Assembly (NCBI GenBank): GCA_009692765.1 | Contig: SHYQ01000001.1 | Span: forward strand, 29,096 to 93,095 | Reading direction: 5' to 3' | Length of the DNA: 64,000 nt | Source of the DNA: Dehalococcoidia bacterium | Lineage (GTDB): Bacteria; Chloroflexota; Dehalococcoidia; UBA2979 | Part shown: one piece after another, positions 39,965 through 48,852 of the stretch | Position numbering within the stretch: the first letter of the stretch is position 1 | How the letters are laid out: every line of letters starts with the position of its first letter | The notes under the pieces: model-generated | What the model saw: the letters and a program-made list of their open reading frames with translations, nothing else | Told to the model about the DNA's origin: nothing | Database searches by the model: none | Translations under genes and position numbers: made by a program

Positions 39965-41205
39965 GCATCGCCGACGCCCTGCGGGTCGCCACGCGCGCGA
40001 TCCTCGCGAACCGGCTGCGCAGCATCCTGACGACGCTGGGCCTAGTGATCGGCGTGACCTCGGTGATCGTGCTGATCGCGGTGGGGCAGGGCGCGCAGGT
40101 CGGCGTCGCCTCGAAGATCCGCGGGCTGGGGACGGACCTGATCTTCGTGCAGCCCGGCCAGTCCAACGACCGCACCACCGGCGCGCGAGGCCAGTCGGTC
40201 TCGCTGACCCGGTCCGATTCCGATGCGATCGTCGCGGCCGCGATTCCCGGTGTGGCGGGCGTTGCGCCGCAGATCTCCTTCAACGCGCAGCTGATCGCGG
40301 GCTCCAACAACAGCCGCGGTTCGGTCATTGGCACCACCCCGGACTACATCACCGTGCGTTCGGCGCTCGTCGCGCAGGGCGAGTTCGTGACGGACACGGA
40401 CGTCGATCGGCGCGCGCTGAACATGGTGCTCGGCTCGGCGCTGGCCGAGTCGCTGTTTCCCAACGGCGAAGCGATCGGGCAGCAGGTACGCCTGGCGATC
40501 GGCGGGCCGCTGGGGTTCAACTTCCGCGTGGTCGGCGTCATGGCCGCACGCGGCGGCGCCACCGACCAGGACTCGCAGGCCTTCGTCCCGGTGACGACGA
40601 TGCAGAGCCGGCTGCCCTTCACGCGCAACTCGACGGGCGAGATCGCCGTCAACCAGATCAGCATCCAGATGACGTCGAAGGCGGACCAGAAGGCCGTGAA
40701 GGCGGAGATCACGAACCTGCTCGTCGCCCGACACGCGGTCGCGGCGCCCGACTTCACCGTGCAGAGTCAGAACGACCTGCTCGGCGCAGCGTCCGAGGTG
40801 AGCGCCACACTCTCCATCCTCCTCGGCAGTGTCGCCGGCATCTCGCTACTCGTCGGGGGGATCGGCGTGATGAACATCATGCTGGTGTCCGTGACCGAGC
40901 GGACGCGCGAGATCGGCATCCGGCGTGCGGTCGGCGCGCAGAGCCGCGACATCGTCTTGCAGTTCGTCACGGAGGCGCTGACGCTGAGCATCGGCGGCGG
41001 ACTGCTGGGGATGGCGCTCGGCGTGGGGATCGCACTCGGGCTCAACGGCCGCCAGGTCGCGGGCCAGGCGATGACGACGCTCATCCAGCCGTGGAGCATC
41101 ATCGTCGCGTTCGCCGTCGCCGCGGGCGTCGGCCTCGCCAGCGGGTCGTACCCCGCGTTCCGCGCCACGGCGATCGACCCGATCGTCGCGCTCCGCAACG
41201 AGTAG
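39961..41205 (+). CDS. ABC transporter permease (FtsX/MacB-type)
   Basis: N-terminal TM, large periplasmic domain, C-terminal 3-TM FtsX fold. ATGA overlap with the ATPase. Confidence 0.85.
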   Translation: MSIADALRVATRAILANRLRSILTTLGLVIGVTSVIVLIAVGQGAQVGVASKIRGLGTDLIFVQPGQSNDRTTGARGQSVSLTRSDSDAIVAAAIPGVAGVAPQISFNAQLIAGSNNSRGSVIGTTPDYITVRSALVAQGEFVTDTDVDRRALNMVLGSALAESLFPNGEAIGQQVRLAIGGPLGFNFRVVGVMAARGGATDQDSQAFVPVTTMQSRLPFTRNSTGEIAVNQISIQMTSKADQKAVKAEITNLLVARHAVAAPDFTVQSQNDLLGAASEVSATLSILLGSVAGISLLVGGIGVMNIMLVSVTERTREIGIRRAVGAQSRDIVLQFVTEALTLSIGGGLLGMALGVGIALGLNGRQVAGQAMTTLIQPWSIIVAFAVAAGVGLASGSYPAFRATAIDPIVALRNE

Positions 41206-41265
41206 GCCGCGAGCCGCCTTCAGGTGTCTGCACTCACACAGACGCCAGCGTAGGCGCGGCCTCGA

Positions 41266-42420
41266 TCAGCGCGCCTCCGGGCGTCCGGCGAGGAGCACCT
41301 CGACGGCGACGCGATCCTGCACCTGCACCGTCGGGGTGCTCGGCGGCACGATGTCGAAGTCCTTCCACACGAAGGAGGTCTTCCCGAGCAGGTGAAGCAC
41401 GGTGCCGTCGAGGCGCGCCTCGACATCGAACGCGATCGGGCGCTCAACGCCGTTGATCGCCAGCGTTCCCCGGACCGTCTGCCGTACGGTCTGCCCCGCC
41501 TCGTAGCGATCCGGGAGCGCGGCGAGCGCGGAGACCGTGAGCACCGCCGAGGGCCGCGCGCGGAACATCTGCCGCATGAAGTTGTCGCGTCGGGGTTGAT
41601 CGCTCGTCAGCCGCAGCAGGTCCAGCACCATCCGCGACGGGCGGCCGTCTAGGCGGATGTCGCCGGTGAGCGCCGTGCTGTGCATCACCGCGTCGTTCGG
41701 GAGCGGGAGCCCCGCGAATTGCTCGGTGACGGTGAAGGTCGCCTGCGAGCCCTCGCCCACGACGAACGTGACGTCCTTCACGTCGGACGGCGTCGCGAAC
41801 CACGTGGGCAGCGCATTCGGTCGACTTGCCGGTGCCGTCGAGCCCGTCGAGGCGGCCGCGGCAGCGGTCGCGGAGCCGGTGGCGCCTGTGCTCGCGGCGA
41901 CGGCGGCGCTCGCGCCGGTGAGGGCGGCCACCGCGGGCGCGGCGGGGAGGGAGAGCGATCCGCTCTCGGCGTCACGCTGGCCGACGAGGCCCAGCCCCGC
42001 CGCGACCGCCAGGCCCGCCGCGGCTGCGCTCAGCACCGGCAGCCGTGGGATGCGCTGCTCGTCGAGGAGCCAGACGCCGAGGCCGGTCGTACCCAGCACG
42101 GCCGCTGCGATCGGCAGGCCGAACGACAGCGTCCGCTCGAATATCGATTCGCCCGCGGCAAGCGCCGCGATGGCCGCGACGAAGAGCCCGCCCCACGCGA
42201 CGGCGAACCGCCGCGCGGAGAGCGACCGCCGGAGCACGCCGGCCACGAGGCCCGCGGCGAGCGCGGCGATGGTCACGGTGGCGCTGTTGAAGATGGCGTC
42301 GTCGGGCGAGTGGAGCGGGAGCGACAGCAGCGCGCCGATGAGCGCGGCCACGCCGCCCGCGAGCAGACCGATGAGCATAGAGCCTCCGAGTGACCCGCGG
42401 TGGAGCGGCCCATCTATCAT
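41266..42420 (-). CDS. YceI-like domain membrane protein
   Basis: N-terminal multi-TM region and Ala/Ser-rich linker, then a YceI-like beta-barrel (...TFTVTEQFAGLPLPNDAVMHSTALTGDIRLDG...). Start chosen at MIDGPLHRG. Confidence 0.55.
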   Translation of the reverse strand: MIDGPLHRGSLGGSMLIGLLAGGVAALIGALLSLPLHSPDDAIFNSATVTIAALAAGLVAGVLRRSLSARRFAVAWGGLFVAAIAALAAGESIFERTLSFGLPIAAAVLGTTGLGVWLLDEQRIPRLPVLSAAAAGLAVAAGLGLVGQRDAESGSLSLPAAPAVAALTGASAAVAASTGATGSATAAAAASTGSTAPASRPNALPTWFATPSDVKDVTFVVGEGSQATFTVTEQFAGLPLPNDAVMHSTALTGDIRLDGRPSRMVLDLLRLTSDQPRRDNFMRQMFRARPSAVLTVSALAALPDRYEAGQTVRQTVRGTLAINGVERPIAFDVEARLDGTVLHLLGKTSFVWKDFDIVPPSTPTVQVQDRVAVEVLLAGRPEAR

Positions 42421-42443
42421 CGCAGACCGGCCCGGTAGCGGCG

Positions 42444-43214
42444 CTAGCGGTCTAACTCCAGGATGAGCGGCGCGTGGTCGGAGGGCTTCGGCCCTTTGCG
42501 GAACTCCCGGTCGATGCCGCATGACCGCAGCGCGGCGGCGAGGTCCGGCGAGACGAGCGCGAGGTCGATGCGCAGGCCGCGCCCGCGATGGAAGTCGCCG
42601 CCGCGGTAGTCCCACCACGTGTACTGCGCCCCGTCCGCGTCCACGTGGCGGTAGGCGTCCACCAGGCCGCGGTCGAGAATCGCGCGCAGGCGTCCGCGCT
42701 CCTCGGGCGTGACGTGCGTCGACTGCGCGAACGTCGCCGGGCTGTACACATCGACGTCCGCGGGCGCGATGTTGAAGTCGCCGGCGACGACCAGCGGCTC
42801 TCCCGCGAGCGCGCTGACGCGCTCCGCGATCATCCCCAGGAATTCGAGCTTGGCGGGGAACATCGGATCATCCAGCGTGCGGCCGTTGATCACGTAGACG
42901 CTCGCCACGCGCACCCCGCCCACGGTCGCCTCGATCCATCGCGCCTCGTCGGGCAGCGGCGCGCCGGGGAGTCCGCAGACGACATCGGTGATCGGCGTAC
43001 CCAGCGGCACGAGGATCGCCACACCCGCCCACTGTCCCGCGCTGTGATCGACGGCCGCGTAGCCGGCCTCGAGGAACGCGCCGCGCGGGAAGGCCTCCGC
43101 GGTGGTCTTCGTCTCCTGCAGGCACAGGACGTCGGGATGGTGGACGTGCAGGAACTCCAGCACGCGGGGGATGCGCGCCTTCACGGAGTTCACGTTCCAC
43201 GTGGCGATCTTCAT
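42444..43214 (-). CDS. xthA: exodeoxyribonuclease III (AP endonuclease)
   Basis: MKIATWNVNS...LCLQETK...GQWAGVAIL... EEP-fold motifs. Confidence 0.9.
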   Translation of the reverse strand: MKIATWNVNSVKARIPRVLEFLHVHHPDVLCLQETKTTAEAFPRGAFLEAGYAAVDHSAGQWAGVAILVPLGTPITDVVCGLPGAPLPDEARWIEATVGGVRVASVYVINGRTLDDPMFPAKLEFLGMIAERVSALAGEPLVVAGDFNIAPADVDVYSPATFAQSTHVTPEERGRLRAILDRGLVDAYRHVDADGAQYTWWDYRGGDFHRGRGLRIDLALVSPDLAAALRSCGIDREFRKGPKPSDHAPLILELDR

Positions 43215-43225
43215 CGCCGCATCGC

Positions 43226-43804
43226 CTACCGAGTCGCTTCGCCGCTGCGTCTGCGCGCCGGGGCCCGGGCCCCGGGCGCGGGCCCCGGCGCGATGACCGT
43301 GCCCGCGCTCGCGGTGACGTTGCCCGTGACCGACGGCGGGAACGGCGCGTGGTCGATGACGATGAAAAGCGCCAGCGTGCCCTCGCCGCCCGCGCGCAGA
43401 TCAAGGACGGGCGCGACCGTGAGTGTGCCGTCGCCGTTGTTCAGGATCGACCCGCCCGCGATCACCCCGCCCAGCGGGAGCTCGCCGACGATCATGCCCC
43501 ATTGCCCACGGGTGATACCGGCGCGATCGCCGGGAAGTGGGAGCTCCTCGTGGTTGACCAGCACCCACCAGCGGCCGTCGCCCGGCGCGCCGTCGAGGGC
43601 GCCGTCGAAGCGGCCGATGAAGACCGCCACACCGCAGACGATCTGCGGGCACAACTCCACGCCCGTCACCGCGCCCGCCAGCGTCGTGGCCTCGGTTGCG
43701 CGCACGCTGCCCGGCGCGAGCAGCAGCACCGCGACGATGGCGGGCAGCACCGTCAGGGCGGCCCGACCGACGATACGCGCACAATACGCAATCAGCACAA
43801 TCAT
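43226..43804 (-). CDS. secreted hypothetical protein (signal peptide then Gly-rich beta domain)
   Basis: Start at MIVLIAYCARIV... (signal-like). No recognisable family. Confidence 0.35.
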   Translation of the reverse strand: MIVLIAYCARIVGRAALTVLPAIVAVLLLAPGSVRATEATTLAGAVTGVELCPQIVCGVAVFIGRFDGALDGAPGDGRWWVLVNHEELPLPGDRAGITRGQWGMIVGELPLGGVIAGGSILNNGDGTLTVAPVLDLRAGGEGTLALFIVIDHAPFPPSVTGNVTASAGTVIAPGPAPGARAPARRRSGEATR

Positions 43805-43893
43805 GACGCCAGTGTAGCGAACCGCGTGCTTGCGCTGCGCGGGTGTATCTTTCACCTGTCGCCGCACGCAGGCGACGTGGCGAGGGACGCACG

Positions 43894-44523
43894 ATGTCCG
43901 ACTTCCGCAGGCCGTGCACCCGCATTCCGATCGTGGGCGCTGTCGTGCTCGTGCTTGTTGCGCTGGGTGTCGCCCTCGCGGGCGCGCTCCTCGCTCCGAA
44001 GAGCCAGCCCGCCGCGTCGAGGGCCTCGGGCACCCCGCAAGCGGCGGGGCCGTCGCCGCTCGCCAGCAGACCCGCGGCGTCGAGCGACGATCCGTGGGAC
44101 TCCTGCGCCGCCGCCGGCACGATCGACCGGCCCGACCCGCGCTACCTCGGCGATGGCACGCGCGCGGTGATCCAGGACGCGCTGGCGATCGCGGAGCGAC
44201 GGCCTCAGCGCTTCGCGGACCCGGCCGCGCGGCGCGTGGCGATCCCGTGGCGCTGCATGGACGGCGCGGTATGGGCGTGCGACCAGGGGGCGAATCTCCC
44301 CTGCGGCGCCGCGAACCAGAACCGCGAGCCGACCGCGGCGATGAATACGTACTGCGCGGAGCACCCGGATTGGGGGATTCCCCTGTACGTCAGCGGGCAC
44401 TCGACGATCTTCGCGTGGAGTTGCTACGGCGGGCGAGCGGTCATCGACCGGCAGCAGTTTCAGGTGGATGCGCGCGGCTTCGTCGCCAACTTCTGGTACC
44501 GCCTCGAACGTCCGCGGTCCTAG
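43894..44523 (+). CDS. Cys-rich secreted/anchored hypothetical protein
   Basis: MSDFRRPCTRIPIVGAVVLVLVALGVALAGALLA signal/anchor. Eight Cys in the mature domain. Confidence 0.45.
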   Translation: MSDFRRPCTRIPIVGAVVLVLVALGVALAGALLAPKSQPAASRASGTPQAAGPSPLASRPAASSDDPWDSCAAAGTIDRPDPRYLGDGTRAVIQDALAIAERRPQRFADPAARRVAIPWRCMDGAVWACDQGANLPCGAANQNREPTAAMNTYCAEHPDWGIPLYVSGHSTIFAWSCYGGRAVIDRQQFQVDARGFVANFWYRLERPRS

Positions 44524-45005
44524 ATGGCGCCCGGCTTGAAGACCATCACCGCGAGGATCAGCAGCAGGATCGCAAGGTCGATGCGCGACGCGAGCAGCAT
44601 CCGGTCGCCTAGTCCGACCACCTCCGGATGACCGACGCCGGGATGCCGCCGAAGGAGCGCCTGTAGCTGGCGGCCCTTCGGCGCCAGGTAGCCCATCTCG
44701 ATCCCGAGGCTCGCGAATACGCCGAGGAAGCCAGCGCTGATCCACGGCGCGGAAAGGATCCCGCCGATGATCCCCATCCCGATCCCCGCCATGATCGTGA
44801 GGATGGAGGCGGGCATGAAGAACGTCCTGCGGAATCGTTCGGTGCGGACGACCAACGCCGCCATCTCCTCCCACGCCCCGTCGGCGCGCACCTGCTGCGC
44901 CAGGAGCGCGAGGATCAATCCGCCACCCACCCACGCGACCGCGGCGGCGACGTGCACGAACACCAGCACGTGATAGAGGTCAAACAAGCGCACACTTCCG
45001 ATCAC
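44520..45005 (-). CDS. DUF2269-family integral membrane protein
   Basis: 161-aa, 4-TM protein. Confidence 0.55.
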   Translation of the reverse strand: MIGSVRLFDLYHVLVFVHVAAAVAWVGGGLILALLAQQVRADGAWEEMAALVVRTERFRRTFFMPASILTIMAGIGMGIIGGILSAPWISAGFLGVFASLGIEMGYLAPKGRQLQALLRRHPGVGHPEVVGLGDRMLLASRIDLAILLLILAVMVFKPGAI

Positions 45006-45096
45006 TGGCCCACATCATCAGCCCAGATCATCAGCCGGGGTCTTTGGTACATCTCGCGCACTCTGCGGCGCGTGGGCCGGTCGCGTCAAGACGCCG

Positions 45097-47655
45097 TCAT
45101 GCCTCGATCGCTGCACGCGCGGCGGCCGAGGCGCCAGCCCCGCGCCGGACGAGCGTGTCGCCGGTGGCCGGATCGCGGTCCAGCACGACCAGGTCCTCGA
45201 TCCGCTCGCGCAGCGCGGGGACGTGGCTGACGATCACCACGAGCCGGTCCTCCGATTCCGTGACGAGCCGCTCGATGCCCTCCATCGCGAGGTCGAGGTG
45301 CTCCTCGTCCAGGCTGCCGAAGCCCTCGTCGAGGAAGAACGCGTCGAGCCGTCCGCCCCCCTGCGTCACCATCTCGGCGAGCGCCAGCGCGAGCGACAGC
45401 GACGCGAGGAACGTCTCGCCGCCGGAGAGCGTGCTGCTGCGGCGCGCATGCTCGGCTGCGGTGAGGTCGATCACATCGAACGAGCCGTCGCCCGCGAAGC
45501 GGTAGCGCCCGCGCGACAGCCGCTCGAACCACTCGCTCCCGATCTCCGCGAGCGACGTCCGTTCGTCCTCCAGCAGGTAGTTCAGAAACTTCGAGGGCGT
45601 GAGGTCAGTAGACAGTCGCCGGTACACGGTGCGACGCGCCTCGATCGCCTGCGACTGCTGCTCGGCGTCGGCGGCCTCTGCGATGCGACGCTCGGCCTCT
45701 GCGATCAGCGCATCGAGCACGGCCACCCGCTGCTTCGCCTCACCGACCGCGTCGTCGAACGACGTCGCTTGGGGCACGCCGCCCGACGCCAGCGCCGCGC
45801 CGCGACGCTGCGCCGCGGCCTCCGCAGCGGCCGTCGCGGCCGTCTCCCGTTCCGTGACCGCCGCGCGCTCGGTGCGCCAGCGCTCGCGGACGCCGTCGAG
45901 CAGCGCGCGCACCGCCGCCGGCGAGTCTTCCTCGCGCACCTCCACGCCGAGCGTCCCTGCGACCATCGCGAGCCGCACGCGGAGCGAGGCGAGCGCGGTG
46001 CGGCCGGCGTCGTGCGCGGCAGAGGCCGCCGCTTCGGCGGCGCGTGCGGTCTGCGCGCTCCGCGACGCCGTCTCCAGCGCCGCCTCCGCCACCGCGAGCG
46101 ACGCCCGCAGCGCCGCGAGCCGCTGTGCCGCGTCCCCCTCGCCGAGGAGGGCCCGCACGCCGTCGTCCGCGGCGGCAAGCGCCGCGGTGGCAGCGGCGAG
46201 CGCGGCCTCCGTGGCGGTGAGCGTCGCCGTCGCGGCCTCCAGCTGTTGCGCGACGCCCGTCGCGGTTGCGGAAGCGTGCGCCGCCGCGTCGCGCGCCGCC
46301 TTCGCGGCGGCGTCGGCGGTGTGCAGCGCCGCTTGTGCGGCGGCGCGCTCGCCGTGCGCGCGGTCGAGATCGGGCGAGGCCGCGCCCGCGGGCAGCTTCG
46401 CGATCTTGCGGCCGCACACCGGACACGGGTCTCCCGCCGCGATCCCCTCGCGCAGCGTGATCGCGAAGTCGAGGCGCTCCGCCGCATGCAGCGCCGCGTC
46501 GGCCGTAGCCACGGCCGCCTCGGCCTTCGTGAGCGCGCCCTCGGTGCGCTTCGCGGTCGTGGCGGCGTCCCGCGCCACCGCTTGCGCTGCGGCGGCCTGC
46601 GCGCGCGCGGCGTCGAGGGCGGTGCGCGCGGCATCACGTTGGCGCGCGCGGTCGGCGTGCGTCTCGCGCGCGTGACCCTGCGCCTGCAGCGCGCTCGCGG
46701 CCGCCTCTAGGCGCTCCGGCCCGCCCGCCTCGCGCAGCGCAGTCTCGCGACCCTCGCGGGCATGCGCCTCCGCCGCTTCCGCCTGCTCGCGCGCCTGTCC
46801 CGCCCGTGCTGCGGTCTCGATGAGCGCCGCGAAGCCATCGATCGCGTGGTTGCTCTCCTCGGGGCGCGGCAGGCCGCTCCGCAGCGCGTCGATCTCGACG
46901 GCGCGGCGCTGCGCACTCAGCACCTGCTCGCGCGCCTCGCGTTCCGTGCGCGTGTGCTGCTCGATCGCCGGGCGCAGCGCCTCGAGCGACGCGAGTCGCG
47001 CGGCGTGCGCCTGGTGCTCGGTGCGTCGCTCGAGCACGCTCGTCCGGGCCGCCGCCACCTCGGCGACAAGATGCGCGAGCGTGCTGGTGGCGAGATCTGC
47101 CGCGTGCAGGCGATCGCGCGCCGCTACCTGCATCGCGCCGACGCGGTCGAGGTTGAAGACGCCCTGGAGCACCCGGTCGCGCTCGGTTGGCGTCGCGTTC
47201 AGGAAGTCGGCGAACCGGTTCTGCGCGAGCAGCACCGATCGCCGGAAGGCATCGAAGTCCAGTCCCAGCAACTGCGTGACGCCGTCCGTGACCGCCTTCT
47301 GCCCGCTGACCCCCGCGCCGCGGTCGGGTTCGCGCGTCTGTTCGTCGTACGGGTACAGCGTGTGGTTGGGGGCGCCGATGTTCCGGATCGCGCGCACGAC
47401 CTGCCACGCCTGCCCCTCCACGCGGAAGGTGAGCGCGACCTGAGCGACCGCGCGGCGCTGGTTGATCAGCCCCTTCGTGTCCGCGCCCGACGACGGCGTG
47501 CGTCCGTACAGCGCGAACGCGATCGCATCGAGGATGCTCGACTTGCCGCTGCCGATCGGCCCGACGATCCCGACCAGCCGGCGGTCACGCCAGTCGAAGC
47601 GCGTCTCCTCGGCGAATGAGCGGAAGCCGTTGACGACGAGTTCAAGCGGTCGCAT
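45097..47655 (-). CDS. sbcC: SbcC/Rad50-like SMC ATPase
   Basis: N-terminal MRPLELVVNGFRSFAEE...GPIGSGKSSILDAI Walker A. Long Ala-rich coiled coil with central CPVCG zinc hook. C-terminal LSGGE...FFLDEGFGSLD. Confidence 0.85.
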   Translation of the reverse strand: MRPLELVVNGFRSFAEETRFDWRDRRLVGIVGPIGSGKSSILDAIAFALYGRTPSSGADTKGLINQRRAVAQVALTFRVEGQAWQVVRAIRNIGAPNHTLYPYDEQTREPDRGAGVSGQKAVTDGVTQLLGLDFDAFRRSVLLAQNRFADFLNATPTERDRVLQGVFNLDRVGAMQVAARDRLHAADLATSTLAHLVAEVAAARTSVLERRTEHQAHAARLASLEALRPAIEQHTRTEREAREQVLSAQRRAVEIDALRSGLPRPEESNHAIDGFAALIETAARAGQAREQAEAAEAHAREGRETALREAGGPERLEAAASALQAQGHARETHADRARQRDAARTALDAARAQAAAAQAVARDAATTAKRTEGALTKAEAAVATADAALHAAERLDFAITLREGIAAGDPCPVCGRKIAKLPAGAASPDLDRAHGERAAAQAALHTADAAAKAARDAAAHASATATGVAQQLEAATATLTATEAALAAATAALAAADDGVRALLGEGDAAQRLAALRASLAVAEAALETASRSAQTARAAEAAASAAHDAGRTALASLRVRLAMVAGTLGVEVREEDSPAAVRALLDGVRERWRTERAAVTERETAATAAAEAAAQRRGAALASGGVPQATSFDDAVGEAKQRVAVLDALIAEAERRIAEAADAEQQSQAIEARRTVYRRLSTDLTPSKFLNYLLEDERTSLAEIGSEWFERLSRGRYRFAGDGSFDVIDLTAAEHARRSSTLSGGETFLASLSLALALAEMVTQGGGRLDAFFLDEGFGSLDEEHLDLAMEGIERLVTESEDRLVVIVSHVPALRERIEDLVVLDRDPATGDTLVRRGAGASAAARAAIEA

Positions 47656-48829
47656 CGACGACCTCGTCGTGCAGTTCGGTGAACGCGGTACGCACCGCGT
47701 CCGACGGCGGCTCGCCGTGTTCGCGCTCGTGGTACTCGCCGTAGAGTTCGTCCCACGTCCGGCCGGCGCGGCTCGCGGCACGCGCGGTCGGCCGCGGGTA
47801 CTCCGCGCGCACCCGCACGAGGCGGTCGAAGGTCTCGGTCGCGCGCGCCGCGAGCGCCGGGTCCGGCCCCGTGGTCGTCACCACCAGGTCGAGGTACGCG
47901 CCCGCGAACTCGTCGCGCCGAGCGAGCAGCTCGTCCCACGTCCCCTGCGCGCGCACGAGCGGGAAGCGTCGCGGTGTGTCGAGCGCAATCGACCTGACCG
48001 TGGCAGAGACGCGCGGCGTCGCCTCGATGAGCACGACGCGCTTCTGCTCATCGGCCTCGCCGAAGTCGAGGGGGAGCAGCGAGCCCGCGTACTCCGCGGG
48101 GCCCGGCGCACCCGGCACACGCTGCGGCGCGTGGATGTGGCCCATCGCGATGTACTGCGGGCCGGGCGGCAGCCCCGCGGCGTCGATCGTGTACGTCTCG
48201 CCCATGTGCAGCTCGCGCTCGCCGCGCCCGTATTGTTGGCCGTGCACCACAGCGCCGTTCACCGTGGCGTGGGCCACGAGGACCGTCACCGCCTCGGCGG
48301 CCTCGCGGTCGAGCGCCTCGCCCATCGCGCGGAAGATGCCGCTCAAGCGGTCCTTGTACTCGCCGTACCACTGGCCGGACTCGAGCATGAAGTCCACCAC
48401 GCGCCCCTCGCGCAGGAAGGGGACGCACGCGAGCGCCGCACGCCCGCCGGGCGTGTCGAGGATCAGCAGGCCGCCCCCCTCGCCGCCGCTGCCGGGGCGC
48501 CTGATGTGCCCGACGAGGTGCACCCCCATGGGCTGCACCAGCGGCGCGAGCACCTCGAACAGGTCGCCCGAGTCATGGTTGCCGGCGATCGCGACGACCG
48601 GGCGTCGCCCGCCATCGGCAAGGCGGATCAGCGCCTCGAGGCCGTCGCCGAGCGCGTCGGTGGGCGGCGTCGCGCGGTCCCACAGGTCGCCGGAGACGAC
48701 GACGAGGTCGACCGCGTGCGCCTCCGCGATCCGCTGCACTTCGCGCAGCGCCTCGCGGAACTCCGCGGCGCGGTCGTAGCGTCCGATGTGCTTGCCGATG
48801 TGCCAGTCGGAGGTGTGCAGGATGCGCAT
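47642..48829 (-). CDS. sbcD: SbcD/Mre11-like nuclease
   Basis: MRILHTSDWHIG...DLVVVSGDLWD calcineurin-like phosphoesterase motifs. Overlaps the sbcC start by 14 nt. Confidence 0.85.
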   Translation of the reverse strand: MRILHTSDWHIGKHIGRYDRAAEFREALREVQRIAEAHAVDLVVVSGDLWDRATPPTDALGDGLEALIRLADGGRRPVVAIAGNHDSGDLFEVLAPLVQPMGVHLVGHIRRPGSGGEGGGLLILDTPGGRAALACVPFLREGRVVDFMLESGQWYGEYKDRLSGIFRAMGEALDREAAEAVTVLVAHATVNGAVVHGQQYGRGERELHMGETYTIDAAGLPPGPQYIAMGHIHAPQRVPGAPGPAEYAGSLLPLDFGEADEQKRVVLIEATPRVSATVRSIALDTPRRFPLVRAQGTWDELLARRDEFAGAYLDLVVTTTGPDPALAARATETFDRLVRVRAEYPRPTARAASRAGRTWDELYGEYHEREHGEPPSDAVRTAFTELHDEVVDATA

Positions 48830-48852
48830 CGTGGTGCCTCGTGGTCTTCTGC

